Of a DNA stretch of 40,176 nt, positions 16,618 to 26,560 are shown piece after piece. The first letter of the stretch is position 1; every line of letters starts with the position of its first letter. The stretch covers positions 1-40,176 of IMG/VR virus record IMGVR_UViG_3300019874_000001. The stretch is one strand, 5' to 3'. Source of the stretch: a virus. Lineage: Duplodnaviria; Caudoviricetes. Made by a program: the position numbers and the translations under genes. The notes beneath the pieces are model-generated. The model made no database searches. It was not told the origin of the DNA and saw nothing but the letters and a program-made list of their open reading frames with translations.

Positions 16618-16758
16618 ATGCCCTTAAAGACGGGAAAGTCAAAAACAGTTATATCCGCGAATATTGCAACAGAAAGAAAATCAGGAAAACCGGAGAAGCA
16701 AGCCATAGCGATAGCCATGAGCAAAGCCGGAAAATCCAACAAGAAGATGAAAGTTTGA
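16618..16758 (+). CDS. Small basic conserved phage protein (46 aa, [16 protein letters not shown]...[17 protein letters not shown])
   Basis: GGAG RBS; matches the recurrent MPLK.GKS..IS.NI...G.P.KQA.AIA.S.A phage motif. Confidence 0.8.
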   Translation: MPLKTGKSKTVISANIATERKSGKPEKQAIAIAMSKAGKSNKKMKV

Positions 16759-16890
16759 GATATTTAATCAACCATTCATCTTGTAATTTTGAAGATGTAA
16801 AGCTGGTTTACATAGAACCCGTAGATTACCCAAAAAACATAGACCCAGTGATCTTAAACGAATCATGGGTAATAAACTTAAAGGAATACT

Positions 16891-17022
16891 ATGAAAGCGA
16901 CAGAGAAGAAGACCCTCTTGAAACATATCAAGAAGGACGACAAGGAATTTCGAGCGCAAATCAAGGACGATGTGAAGCTGAAGAAGGACATTCTAAAAAC
17001 AAAAACAGAGAAAAGAAAATGA
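16891..17022 (+). CDS. 43-aa Lys-rich peptide
   Basis: MKATEKKTLLKHIKKDDKEFRAQIKDDVKLKK...; AAGGA RBS. Confidence 0.55.
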   Translation: MKATEKKTLLKHIKKDDKEFRAQIKDDVKLKKDILKTKTEKRK

Positions 17023-17138
17023 AAGAAAAAGTAACTGCTAAAGAAAAAAAGTATGAAGCTAAAGAAAGCAAAGCTTATGAAAAAAAAGAGGATAAACGTG
17101 AGGTAAAAAAACAATCTAAAGGTAAGAAGCCTAATTAA
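17019..17138 (+). CDS. 39-aa Lys/Glu-rich peptide
   Basis: MKEKVTAKEKKYEAKESKAYEKKEDK...; ATGA-coupled. Confidence 0.5.
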   Translation: MKEKVTAKEKKYEAKESKAYEKKEDKREVKKQSKGKKPN

Positions 17139-17373
17139 GCTTTACCCAAGAAGCGACATTAGCGACTATCTTAGATAAATAATATAAATCTCCCTCAGTG
17201 CCTGAAGTCGGGTCTTTGGATATAATCCATAGAGAAGCTAAAGGATATAGCTTACCCGTCTCAGGCTGTCTATAATCAGCCCCTGAAGGCTGTCTATTGC
17301 GTGCTACAGAGACAGTAAGGTATACATTAGGACCTAAGTACTTATTGGGATCTTTAGGGCTTAAACCGGCCAT
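17131..17373 (-). CDS. Small tail-associated protein
   Basis: AAGGAG RBS; similar to the N-terminus of the 20732..22156 product. Confidence 0.65.
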   Translation of the reverse strand: MAGLSPKDPNKYLGPNVYLTVSVARNRQPSGADYRQPETGKLYPLASLWIISKDPTSGTEGDLYYLSKIVANVASWVKLN

Positions 17374-17382
17374 CTTATCTCC

Positions 17383-18318
17383 TTAACATACTAGGGTACC
17401 ATTAAACCACGAACTTACGTTCTGCCCGTAGAAGTCTACGGTCTTAGTACCACCTGTCACAGTAAGGATCGTAGAGAATGTCTGAGCGGCTGTCAAGTCT
17501 ATGATGATCTGCCCTGTAATGGAAACAAGTCCATCTCCTCCCACTATTGGGAATAAAGCGCCACATCGCTGTGTATATGTAGCTACCCCGATATTGCTAA
17601 AGGCAAGAGCGGTTATTGTGTGCGCAACACCCAATTGTTCTAGGGTCACGCAGCAATTGAATTGGTATCTGCCTGTAACGGGTGCCGTGAAAACCCCTGT
17701 AGTCGCATTGTAATTAGAGCCTTGATCGTATACAGATACATCATAAACCAAAGTATACGCCGTGCCGTCTCCGGTGACGTTCGCTACAGTGCCCGACTGC
17801 CTAGCAAAGAAGCAAGGCTGCGTAGAGTTCACCATGATAGGTGAAAAGGCTAGTGTAGGGTTTGCAGTAGCTCCGCTACCATTTGTTACAGCAATTTGAT
17901 TAGCTGTTCCAGTAATCGTTCTTCCAACCATGTTAGATGTGCCATTACCGGAGACAAGTCCCGTTATGGTCGCAACGCCTGTGCCTCCTTTAGCGACTAA
18001 TATAACAGTTCCCGACCAAACGCCTGTGGCAATAGTGCCTAAAGTCGTTATTGATGCCTGCCCAACATAAGATGCGGAGATGTCGATAGCTGGGGTTGCA
18101 CCTCCACTGGAAGTGATGCGATTCGTTGTGCCCGTTACGCTAGTTACTGTACCAGAAGTGGCAGGAGCTGAACTTGTCCAGTTTGTACCATCAGAAGTAA
18201 GGATATTTCCTGATGTTCCGGCAGTTGCAGGATAAGTTGCTGTTGAAAATGATCCACTATTTCCAGCGCCACCAGCTCTAAATACTGTTCCGACTGCTGC
18301 TGTTCCTATATCTGCCAT
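17383..18318 (-). CDS. Tail fibre with C-terminal C1q-like domain
   Basis: Gly/Thr-rich shaft; YDQGSNYNATTGVFTAPVTGRYQF C1q motif. Confidence 0.85.
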   Translation of the reverse strand: MADIGTAAVGTVFRAGGAGNSGSFSTATYPATAGTSGNILTSDGTNWTSSAPATSGTVTSVTGTTNRITSSGGATPAIDISASYVGQASITTLGTIATGVWSGTVILVAKGGTGVATITGLVSGNGTSNMVGRTITGTANQIAVTNGSGATANPTLAFSPIMVNSTQPCFFARQSGTVANVTGDGTAYTLVYDVSVYDQGSNYNATTGVFTAPVTGRYQFNCCVTLEQLGVAHTITALAFSNIGVATYTQRCGALFPIVGGDGLVSITGQIIIDLTAAQTFSTILTVTGGTKTVDFYGQNVSSWFNGTLVC

Positions 18319-18330
18319 GATTAACCTTTT

Positions 18331-19827
18331 TTAGAGTATGTTCCACTGAGTTCCATTAAAAACTATGTCTACACTACCCCAGTTAGTAGCGATGACAAAA
18401 GAAGCCGCCCCATCAATATTTTTCCCAGAAGGAGTGATCGTAATGTTATTAGAGGCGGCTGATCCTATATTATCTTTAATGCGATGTCGCTGACCTGTAG
18501 TAGGAGAGGCCAAAGGAATGATAGTTCTTGCTGAGCTAGAATCGACTAATATGACAGCATCTTGAGGAATTGTTGTGTAGGGATAAGCTCCCGGAGTTGT
18601 TATCTTCACCGCATCATTGGATTGAATTAAAGGCACTTGACCTGTAGAGGCGATAACTTTTCCAGCACCGACTAAAGAACAATTCGCATAAGAGAAAGTT
18701 CCTGCTCCAGATACGCAGTTTGTTCCACCTGAACTAAGGACACAGTTTACGGCGACTACAGTTCCTCCATTTACAATAATGCTTTCATTAGAGGAATTGA
18801 ATTGGCAATTGTAGAATGTTCCGCCATTTGCGGTAGTTAGAGCCGCAGGCGTGCTTAAAGAAGGTATTCCAAATGAAGTGTTGAAACCTATTGGTACTAC
18901 TGCTCCAGAACAACTTATCGGTAATGCTAGAAGACTATTATAAACCTGAAATGTTCCACCTGTAAATGTCGATGCCGATAATGAACCGACAGAGGCAAAT
19001 GAACAATCATAAATATTAACTTGACCGGCACTCGTGAACATCGCTTTCCCAACTGTCCCATTGCATCTGACCAAAGTCAAATAAGCAGATGAAGTTAATG
19101 AAAATAGCATATCCTTAAGGTAGCAATTAGTAAACGTCATAAGTCCGGCAGTAAAAGTGAAAGTACTGGTTAAACCCTCTAAAGTACAATTAGAAATCGC
19201 GCATTGACCTATTACGCCGGCAGAATTATAAGTAATATTTCCACTTATATAAACACCGGAATCACCTCCTGCAAAGTTAGATGGAAAGATCCCAACAAGA
19301 GAAACCCCATCTTTTAAAGTCAGGGTTTCAACATATGTACCGGCGCGAATAAATATCGTTTGACCCGCTGAGGCAGCATTAATAGCTGATTGGATAGTAG
19401 AAAAAGTACCGCGAAGCCCTATGGTAGTCGATGGATCTACGACAAATGAAGAAACCCAAGTGCGATCCTCAATGCGAAGAGTGCTTGGAGCTGTTCCTAA
19501 TGTATCGACTACAGGAATAGTTCCTGCTTGTTGACCTAAGATGTTCCAGTTACCTGCCGTAGGACTTAAAGCTCCTCCAGAATCTCCAGTGATCGTTTGT
19601 CCTACGATTGCTCCATTGACCACAGCGGTGATATTGGGAGAAGAATAGCCAAAGGTGATGCTAGAGTCGGGAGAGGTGAGGGTTCCTACTTTAACATGTC
19701 TTGCAGCCGTAGAACCAATCCAAAGCTGAGCATTTGTGGTCATAGCTCCTCCGCGAGACGTTCCGTCGAACGAAGCATTATCGGCATGCATAATAGTCTC
19801 AAGACCCGTTACGAAACTAAAGCCCAT
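18331..19827 (-). CDS. Tail spike with pectin-lyase-like beta-helix
   Basis: FSTIQSAINAASAGQTIFIRAGTYVE helix cap; repeated NC.F/L rungs; C-terminal IDG...W knob. Confidence 0.8.
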   Translation of the reverse strand: MGFSFVTGLETIMHADNASFDGTSRGGAMTTNAQLWIGSTAARHVKVGTLTSPDSSITFGYSSPNITAVVNGAIVGQTITGDSGGALSPTAGNWNILGQQAGTIPVVDTLGTAPSTLRIEDRTWVSSFVVDPSTTIGLRGTFSTIQSAINAASAGQTIFIRAGTYVETLTLKDGVSLVGIFPSNFAGGDSGVYISGNITYNSAGVIGQCAISNCTLEGLTSTFTFTAGLMTFTNCYLKDMLFSLTSSAYLTLVRCNGTVGKAMFTSAGQVNIYDCSFASVGSLSASTFTGGTFQVYNSLLALPISCSGAVVPIGFNTSFGIPSLSTPAALTTANGGTFYNCQFNSSNESIIVNGGTVVAVNCVLSSGGTNCVSGAGTFSYANCSLVGAGKVIASTGQVPLIQSNDAVKITTPGAYPYTTIPQDAVILVDSSSARTIIPLASPTTGQRHRIKDNIGSAASNNITITPSGKNIDGAASFVIATNWGSVDIVFNGTQWNIL

Positions 19828-20378
19828 TATGTCACCATCCTATATTCTAAAAGTGAATTCCAATTGACGCTTACTGAATTAATGCCAAGAACTTGCACGA
19901 GAATATTATTAGCACTGACTGCAAGGAAAATGTCAGCATTAACGAAAGCTGCTTCTTCAAACTCATCATGATATTCAGATGCTATCTCAACCGCAGCGGC
20001 TCCGGTAGTTCTAAAGGCTCCAGAGAAGCCATAAGAAGCACCTGCAGGAACTGATGCAGCAAAGGCTTGAACGTTGCCAAATACCATAAATGTCCCAGGA
20101 GTTGCTCCCATCGGAATAGTTAGAATCGTAGTCAAAGCATCTGCAGGTGTAATTATTTGACCTGTAGCTCTATTAGTCAATTGCACGGTAAGAACGTTAG
20201 AGCCTGAGCTCCCGTCTGTTCTTATGCCATTGTCGTTATTTGCAGTAGTATCTGCGCCAAAGACATCTAAGATATTTAACGCTGGAATGGCTGGAGAATT
20301 GACATCTGTTACAAAAGTAGTTGGTACATCTGGAGGGGATGGCCCTCCGGCTGTATTAATGATTCCGGCTTGACTCAT
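19827..20378 (-). CDS. Tail fibre/adaptor protein
   Basis: Beta-rich composition and position in the tail cluster. Confidence 0.65.
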   Translation of the reverse strand: MSQAGIINTAGGPSPPDVPTTFVTDVNSPAIPALNILDVFGADTTANNDNGIRTDGSSGSNVLTVQLTNRATGQIITPADALTTILTIPMGATPGTFMVFGNVQAFAASVPAGASYGFSGAFRTTGAAAVEIASEYHDEFEEAAFVNADIFLAVSANNILVQVLGINSVSVNWNSLLEYRMVT

Positions 20379-20722
20379 GTAGGTTCTCCATAAATAATCT
20401 CAATGTAAACAGACCCTGACACAGGCGCAGCTAGTTGTTTTACATAGAATTGAGTACCTACAGCTAAAACAAAGCTATCATCTTTGCCGGAAACAAGATT
20501 TGCAGTGAAGTCATAGAGTTTAAAAGAATTGGCAGGCACAAGGATCTGTCCGTCAGCATTGGTACTATCCGTGCTTATGATGACATCCCCTTGTGTTCTA
20601 TTCGTAAAGCAGATGATTCTGCCATTTACATCTAAAGGCGTACCCAATGCAGCATAGGTCCCAGAGATGGAACCAAATGCTATTGAGCGTATCGTGTCAA
20701 AGTAAACCTTCTTTGCAGACAT
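20375..20722 (-). CDS. Virion structural protein (beta-sandwich-like)
   Basis: AAGGAG RBS; position. Confidence 0.6.
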   Translation of the reverse strand: MSAKKVYFDTIRSIAFGSISGTYAALGTPLDVNGRIICFTNRTQGDVIISTDSTNADGQILVPANSFKLYDFTANLVSGKDDSFVLAVGTQFYVKQLAAPVSGSVYIEIIYGEPT

Positions 20723-20731
20723 AGTTACTCC

Positions 20732-22156
20732 TTATTGAGGGCCGCATGTGAATGAAACCCAGTCAATTGCTCCAGGAGCTGCAGCAGCGTGTGTTAATCT
20801 AATGAAAGGAATAACTACATCGCCGTTGTCAAAAGTGAAGGCTGCAGTAACTACCGGAGCTACGCCAGCAATTGTATAAGTAACTACTCCTGCTGCAGAA
20901 ACGAGGATCTTCAAGACTTTATTCTGTCCATCTGTCCATGCATTTGTAGTGTCTGTAGAAGTTTGTCCACCGGCATTAAGTTCAGTTTTAAGCCATATGT
21001 TAGGCCCATCAGTAGCAGAAAGACCTATCGAGGCATAGTCGGTGTAGTTGGCAAATGTAGCGTTATTGGCCTCTACTTTTCTAAAGCCTATGATTAAAGG
21101 ATCGCATCCACTGACATCTGCTGCAGTTAAGGAAGCTTGGAAAGCAAATGCTGGAGAGGTTCCAATAGTGTAGGAGTACTTGGTGTTATTTCTAGGCCCT
21201 GGGTTATATTCCGCACCTTCGGCAGTAGTTAAATCTAAAGAGATTAGCAATCCAGTAGCATCCATTCTAGGCGCTACAATGGTTTGTCCAGCTCCTAAGA
21301 TAAACTCTTCCCATACTTCTCCACCTTGCATCATCATGATGTTTGTGGCACCGGTTGCACCGCTTGGGGCAGCTCCTGTAGTTAAGACAGATTGGAGGAT
21401 TGGATTTTCTGTAAAAGTTACAGATCCAAAACTTGTTGCTCTTGTAGCTAAAGTCAAAGGAGTGATGAAAGTGGTGTTAGAAGTACCTGCACTTACTTGC
21501 GCTTGAGTTGCTACATTGACATCAAATGCTTGGGTTGTTGCATTCGAAGTAATAGTAAGAGTGGAACCAGGTGTTGTAAATGCTACATAAGCTCCATCGG
21601 CTGCAGCTCCTCCAGAAGTGAAGGCCATCCCGGCAGTCCCGGCTGCGGACCAAGATAATGCAGTAGTGGCTCCTGTAGAACCCATTGCTACTCCATGAGC
21701 AGTTTGAGTTCCAATCTTAGCTTGTAGAGATGCAGGCGTTACGGCGACAATAGCAGAAGAACCGGCAATTGATTCTGCAGTTGTAGAAGTTTCTAGACTT
21801 CCTCTTTGAGTTGTCGAAGCGGCTGCAATATTGATAGTTAAAGTCCCGGCAGTACCAACTACGCTTGCTCCATCAGTGGCATCTCCAACAATGTCAATAT
21901 TTCCGGCTACAGGAGAAATTGCTCCACCGCTGTCGCCTGTAAGAGTGACTACAGCCCCGGTAGTTCCAGAGCCTAGAGAAATCCAGTTACCAGAACCAGG
22001 CCACATGTAGGCAGTTGCAGCAACTTTATCTAACCATAGAGTTCCTCTTACATAAGCTTTATCTGCAGAAGTAGGGGCTCTATTAGCAGTTTGAAGATCT
22101 GGAGGTAGGATGGCCCTTACGCCCAGGTATTGGGTTGAAGATCTGGCTAGTGACAT
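20732..22156 (-). CDS. Tail fibre protein
   Basis: Gly/Ala/Thr-rich; AT.A....G......ITP..L fibre repeats. Confidence 0.8.
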   Translation of the reverse strand: MSLARSSTQYLGVRAILPPDLQTANRAPTSADKAYVRGTLWLDKVAATAYMWPGSGNWISLGSGTTGAVVTLTGDSGGAISPVAGNIDIVGDATDGASVVGTAGTLTINIAAASTTQRGSLETSTTAESIAGSSAIVAVTPASLQAKIGTQTAHGVAMGSTGATTALSWSAAGTAGMAFTSGGAAADGAYVAFTTPGSTLTITSNATTQAFDVNVATQAQVSAGTSNTTFITPLTLATRATSFGSVTFTENPILQSVLTTGAAPSGATGATNIMMMQGGEVWEEFILGAGQTIVAPRMDATGLLISLDLTTAEGAEYNPGPRNNTKYSYTIGTSPAFAFQASLTAADVSGCDPLIIGFRKVEANNATFANYTDYASIGLSATDGPNIWLKTELNAGGQTSTDTTNAWTDGQNKVLKILVSAAGVVTYTIAGVAPVVTAAFTFDNGDVVIPFIRLTHAAAAPGAIDWVSFTCGPQ

Positions 22157-22231
22157 ACTCTCTCCGAGATTTAAAGTTTTTTCTTTACACTAGCATTTGA
22201 GGATGCAAAAGTATATACAAATTACTTTAAA

Positions 22232-22261
22232 TTGACTTTTACCTGGGGAATATGATATATT
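22232..22261 (+). promoter_or_regulatory. Sigma70-type promoter antisense to the late operon
   Basis: TTGACT-18-TATATT with extended -10. Confidence 0.6.
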
Positions 22262-22300
22262 GGTTTATAACTATTACATATCACTATATAAGGACATCAA

Positions 22301-22366
22301 ATGGTTCACGCAATATTTATTGGAATTTGGTTAGCACTATTAATTGATGGCGTTAGAAGAGCTTAA
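22301..22366 (+). CDS. 21-aa hydrophobic peptide
   Basis: MVHAIFIGIWLALLIDGVRRA; AAGGA RBS and own promoter. Confidence 0.55.
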   Translation: MVHAIFIGIWLALLIDGVRRA

Positions 22367-24876
22367 TCTTCATCGGCTGCATCAGCTATAGAGAATATGC
22401 TTCTCATTAGCTCTACTGGACTAGAGTTCGGTGCTGCAGCTCTTTTGATAGCAGATTGCACTTTCTTGTTCTTCGCAAGTCTCATGAATATCTCATAGCT
22501 GGTTGCAAGAGCAATCCCTTCGGCAGTACCATATTTTAAAACACCTAGAGCTGCAAGAACTCCTTTCCCCTTCCATCCATAGCTTGATACTAAGTCATCG
22601 AGTTTATAGAGAAGTCCAGACTTCTGTTCAGCTTCTTCAGCGCTTAGGCGTTTGTCTTTAATCTTCTTAAAGCGCTGCTCTCCTCGCTTTGTTAGATCTT
22701 TTTGTATAGCTTCTCTTTCTTTAGCACTTCCTTTACTGATCTTACCTTCAAGTATAGAAGCATTCTTTTTGACTCTTGATGAAAGAGTTTCTAAATTCTT
22801 AAGAAAGTTAACTCCATCTTCTCCGGCGACAAGTCTAACGTTATTTAAAGTAGCCTTGTCTTTCAAAAGCTTGTCTAACTTTTTAAAATCAACCAGGCCA
22901 TCAGCATTTACTACAGAAGCGGAGAAGTCTTTAAAAGATTGATCTTGAAGATATTTAAGTACTTCTTTCTTATTAGGATTGTTCTCAAGCGATTGTTTAA
23001 TCAATTGCTGGCCTTCTGAGGTCTTCCAGAGATCTAGGGCTACTTCCGGCCTCTCTCCGGTGATCGTGGCCTTGGCGATGTCATCTAATGCTTTCTTCTG
23101 TATAGCCTCTCTTTGAGCTACCTTTCTATTAGAGGAATTCTTAGGAGCTTTGGACTCAATGATCTCTTCAGCAATAGATCTTATATCTTGAGTTAAAGAA
23201 GGACGCATCTCTCTATAGAAAGCAGCAGCTTTTTCTTCACTTAAACCACGCATATGCTCTAGTAACTCACGCTCTACTTGAGCGAATTGCTCAGGAGAAA
23301 CTACATCTTTGATATCTGCAAGACCCGAAGGAGTTCTTATTGTGTTCGCTATAGATTCTGGCTTCTCAGAAGTACGCATTGAGCGAATAGATTTCTTGCC
23401 TTTCTTCTCTGCGAATTCACCGAACTTAGTTTCAGCCTCTTCAAAAGCTTTTCTAGCTGGAGAGTTTTTATCTCCATAGCCGACTCTAATTTCTCCACGA
23501 AGCTCATGTGCTGGGCCTTTTAGAAAGTCTTGAGCGCTTGTGTCTATGAGATCATAGTTTATGATATTGTTAAGCCTACGCTTAAGCTCTACTGCTTTAG
23601 AGAGAGGTATGTCGGAATTCTTTACAGCTCTTATAACTTTTCCAGCCTCATCTACTTCTATTCCATAGCCTAGATCGGTTAGCGTTTGTCTGAGTTGTTT
23701 TTCAGCTTTAGAATAACCTTCGGGAGTAAGGTTAATGCTTTCTCCTTCAAGTTTATTAAGTTGCTCTACAATAGAGTTAGCAGTTTTTTCAACATTGGGA
23801 CGACTTGTAGATTCTACTTCCTTAGCTACGTCATATAAAGCATCGGTTTCTTTCTTACTTTGAGTTATATTTCTCTCAATATCTTTTTGTACACTTTGTC
23901 CTAGCTCTCTTTCGGTAGTAGCTCTTTGAGAAATGCCTTCAATTCTTTGCGTTAGATCATTACTTAAGACATCTTCGGCAATTGTCTCCGCTTGAAACTC
24001 TGCAGGAAGATAGGGTTTAGGCTCAATAGCGATACCAGACTCTAGTTTAGTAAAATCCTTTTGGGCGATCTTACGATTTCTTAAATCAGAACTTCTTTCT
24101 TGGACTCTTTGCTCTATAGCAAAGGGAGATATGTCAGGTGTCTTTTGAACTTTAGCGGCTTGTTGTTCAATCTCTCCAAGAGGCTTATTTTCCAGGATAG
24201 ATAAAGCTTTCTCAGCGACTTTGTCTCCTGTAATCTGCTGAGAGATATTCTCTAAAAGCTCCATAGCAGGAACTTTTAATTCTGAAGATTTATCGAAGAG
24301 GCCTTTAACAAATCTACCTCCCCACCCTAAAGCTCGTAATCCAAGATCTAAAGCACCCCATTTAGCGCCTTGTTCTGCAATAGTATCTAAAGAAGGAGGA
24401 ACGAACTCATTGGCTTCTACAGACTTTTCAGCAGACTCCTCAAGACCTTCATAAATTCCTCCTGCCGCAGAAAGACCTAAAAGATTGCCTAGATGCATGA
24501 TAGGCTTAGCAAGTTTAGGTGCTGCATAAGCAGCCGCTTTTAAAGGATAGGCAATACCCTTAGCAGCTAGACCTATAGGCGCTAAAGAACCTACGACCTT
24601 TCCCGTAGTTCCTTCAGCATTGTCTTCAACTTCAAAACCTGGAATAGCTTCAGAGAATCCAGCAGTAAGACCCGATGCGACACCTTTTACAAGATTTCTA
24701 TTTCTTCCAGCTTGTAGCTCTTGCCCTTCAGTAGTGAAATTCTTCTCAAGCCAGCCTAAGTCTTCTAACTTTCTTTTAGGTACTTCTTCAGGCTCAAAGT
24801 CATCAGGAGTGAAATCATCTTCTTGTTCTACTACTTCTGGCTCAAAGTCATCGACTTGATTATTTAACGACATCAT
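22363..24876 (-). CDS. Large internal virion/DNA ejection protein
   Basis: Helical 837-aa protein with hydrophobic Gly/Ala segments; third of three genes after the nozzle. Confidence 0.7.
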   Translation of the reverse strand: MMSLNNQVDDFEPEVVEQEDDFTPDDFEPEEVPKRKLEDLGWLEKNFTTEGQELQAGRNRNLVKGVASGLTAGFSEAIPGFEVEDNAEGTTGKVVGSLAPIGLAAKGIAYPLKAAAYAAPKLAKPIMHLGNLLGLSAAGGIYEGLEESAEKSVEANEFVPPSLDTIAEQGAKWGALDLGLRALGWGGRFVKGLFDKSSELKVPAMELLENISQQITGDKVAEKALSILENKPLGEIEQQAAKVQKTPDISPFAIEQRVQERSSDLRNRKIAQKDFTKLESGIAIEPKPYLPAEFQAETIAEDVLSNDLTQRIEGISQRATTERELGQSVQKDIERNITQSKKETDALYDVAKEVESTSRPNVEKTANSIVEQLNKLEGESINLTPEGYSKAEKQLRQTLTDLGYGIEVDEAGKVIRAVKNSDIPLSKAVELKRRLNNIINYDLIDTSAQDFLKGPAHELRGEIRVGYGDKNSPARKAFEEAETKFGEFAEKKGKKSIRSMRTSEKPESIANTIRTPSGLADIKDVVSPEQFAQVERELLEHMRGLSEEKAAAFYREMRPSLTQDIRSIAEEIIESKAPKNSSNRKVAQREAIQKKALDDIAKATITGERPEVALDLWKTSEGQQLIKQSLENNPNKKEVLKYLQDQSFKDFSASVVNADGLVDFKKLDKLLKDKATLNNVRLVAGEDGVNFLKNLETLSSRVKKNASILEGKISKGSAKEREAIQKDLTKRGEQRFKKIKDKRLSAEEAEQKSGLLYKLDDLVSSYGWKGKGVLAALGVLKYGTAEGIALATSYEIFMRLAKNKKVQSAIKRAAAPNSSPVELMRSIFSIADAADED

Positions 24877-25879
24877 ACTTTTGTTCCATTCCAGGATAAG
24901 GGGTTACAGAACCATATTGCGGTGGATTGCTACCTTTAAGCATTACTCTAACTTTTCCTTCAGGAGCTTTACGGGTTTCTTTTTTCTTAGACTTTTTTTC
25001 ATCTAATTGCTGAAGAGAAGCATCATCAAGTTCTAAGATAGTAGCTAAGCCCTTGAGCTTACCTTTAATCTCTGCCTGAGTATCCGTAGCCTTGGGAAGC
25101 AATGTGTCTTTAATGTAATTAAACCTAGCGTTAGAAAGAGTACCGCGGCTGACTTTGTCAACGAGGATAGACTCCAAAGCTCCTGTTAGAGAAGTGAACT
25201 CGCCGAGCGTTTTAGCATTCTTTCCACCAAAGTAACTTAAAGCCCCAGTGCCAACTCCTGCGTCAGGGACCAATTGTACGATATTATCGTATGCCTTCTG
25301 AGCTATTTGCTTTTCTTTGTCTTCAGATTTTTGCTTCTCAGTCTTTTTATCTTCTACTTTCTGCGTAGCGACATTAGTTCTATATCTTGCATTTGCAGAT
25401 GATGGAGTAAGTATAGTAGATAATCTCTGTGCTTCTTCTTCAGTCTCTCCGGCCTTCGTTAATATCTCTTTAACTTCTGCAGCAGTCTTAGTGGCTTTAT
25501 CTTTTAGTGCAGCTTCTTCTTTGGCTTTCTTCTCAATAGCAGCCGTTTCAGCAGCTTTTTTCTTAGCTTGAGCTTCTAAAGCACTAGTGTGAGCATTTAA
25601 AGCTTTGTCTTTCTCTAGGACATTCTTTCTTATGGCATTGAGTTCCGATTGTGCTTGCAATCTTTTAGTCGGACTTACGTTGCTTTTTTGTAGATTGAGT
25701 TGCAAATCTTCCCAAGCATTAGCGTCTTCTCGGTTTTGCTGGTAAGAGCTGATAATATTGCCAATCTCTTCTTGGTCTTTTTTATCTTTAAGGCTCTTTC
25801 CTAGCTTAGAGAAAAACTGTTCAACTCCTGTTGGCTCAGGCTTATTCTCTGTAGAGTCTACAAATTGAACTTGTGGCAT
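24860..25879 (-). CDS. DNA ejection protein (middle)
   Basis: Coiled-coil rich; synteny with podovirus ejection genes. Confidence 0.65.
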   Translation of the reverse strand: MPQVQFVDSTENKPEPTGVEQFFSKLGKSLKDKKDQEEIGNIISSYQQNREDANAWEDLQLNLQKSNVSPTKRLQAQSELNAIRKNVLEKDKALNAHTSALEAQAKKKAAETAAIEKKAKEEAALKDKATKTAAEVKEILTKAGETEEEAQRLSTILTPSSANARYRTNVATQKVEDKKTEKQKSEDKEKQIAQKAYDNIVQLVPDAGVGTGALSYFGGKNAKTLGEFTSLTGALESILVDKVSRGTLSNARFNYIKDTLLPKATDTQAEIKGKLKGLATILELDDASLQQLDEKKSKKKETRKAPEGKVRVMLKGSNPPQYGSVTPYPGMEQKYDVVK

Positions 25880-26550
25880 TATGGAGTTCCTCCGGCTGGT
25901 GTAGCTTTCTTAAAGTAAGATGCCAATTGATCCGTCATCTCGGGAGTGATGGAATTTAATATAGTGTTAATATCAAATCCTCCACTACTTGAAGCCGATT
26001 TATCATAGGCAAAGGTCTGTCTATTTTGTAGATTCTCTACAGCATTTCTCTTAGCAGTCCTTGCGTCAGATTGCTCGCCATATAGATATTTAGATCTTTG
26101 AGCATCTAGACTCTCTTGGATATCTCTTCCGGCTTTGGATAACGCATCCCCAGCATAAGAACTATTCTGTAGTCCTTTTCCTCTGAATGATCCAGTGATT
26201 TCAGGAGCAAGTTTCTCTTGAAAACCTCTGTATGCAGGATTAGCAATAGTTTTATCAAAGACATCATTAGCTTTCTCGGGGTCGTAGTTATATAGGTCTG
26301 CTAAAGGACCTTTTCCAAGAATAGAGTCATGTTGCTGTTCGTTAAGCTCCTGCTGGCGTTTGTCTAGGGATGAAAGCTTTTTCTTCTTTTTTTTCTTGCC
26401 GCCAAATAGTCCCGCTACTCCTCCGATTAGTCCACCGACTACTCCTCCTACAGCAGTACCAACACCAGGGACTATAGATCCAATAGTAGCACCTGTCGAA
26501 GCGCCACCAAGTGCCCCTGTTGCTCCACCTGTCCAATCAGCTTTAGGCAT
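25879..26550 (-). CDS. DNA ejection/pilot protein with glycine zipper
   Basis: GATGALGGASTGATIGS...GGLIGGVAGLFG then poly-Lys. Confidence 0.7.
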   Translation of the reverse strand: MPKADWTGGATGALGGASTGATIGSIVPGVGTAVGGVVGGLIGGVAGLFGGKKKKKKKLSSLDKRQQELNEQQHDSILGKGPLADLYNYDPEKANDVFDKTIANPAYRGFQEKLAPEITGSFRGKGLQNSSYAGDALSKAGRDIQESLDAQRSKYLYGEQSDARTAKRNAVENLQNRQTFAYDKSASSSGGFDINTILNSITPEMTDQLASYFKKATPAGGTP

Positions 26551-26560
26551 ATATTATCCT

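Noticed and set aside
16593-17138. Single 181-aa protein
   Set aside because: TTG start and patchwork composition; shorter ORFs with RBS, one matching a recognisable motif, explain the region better.
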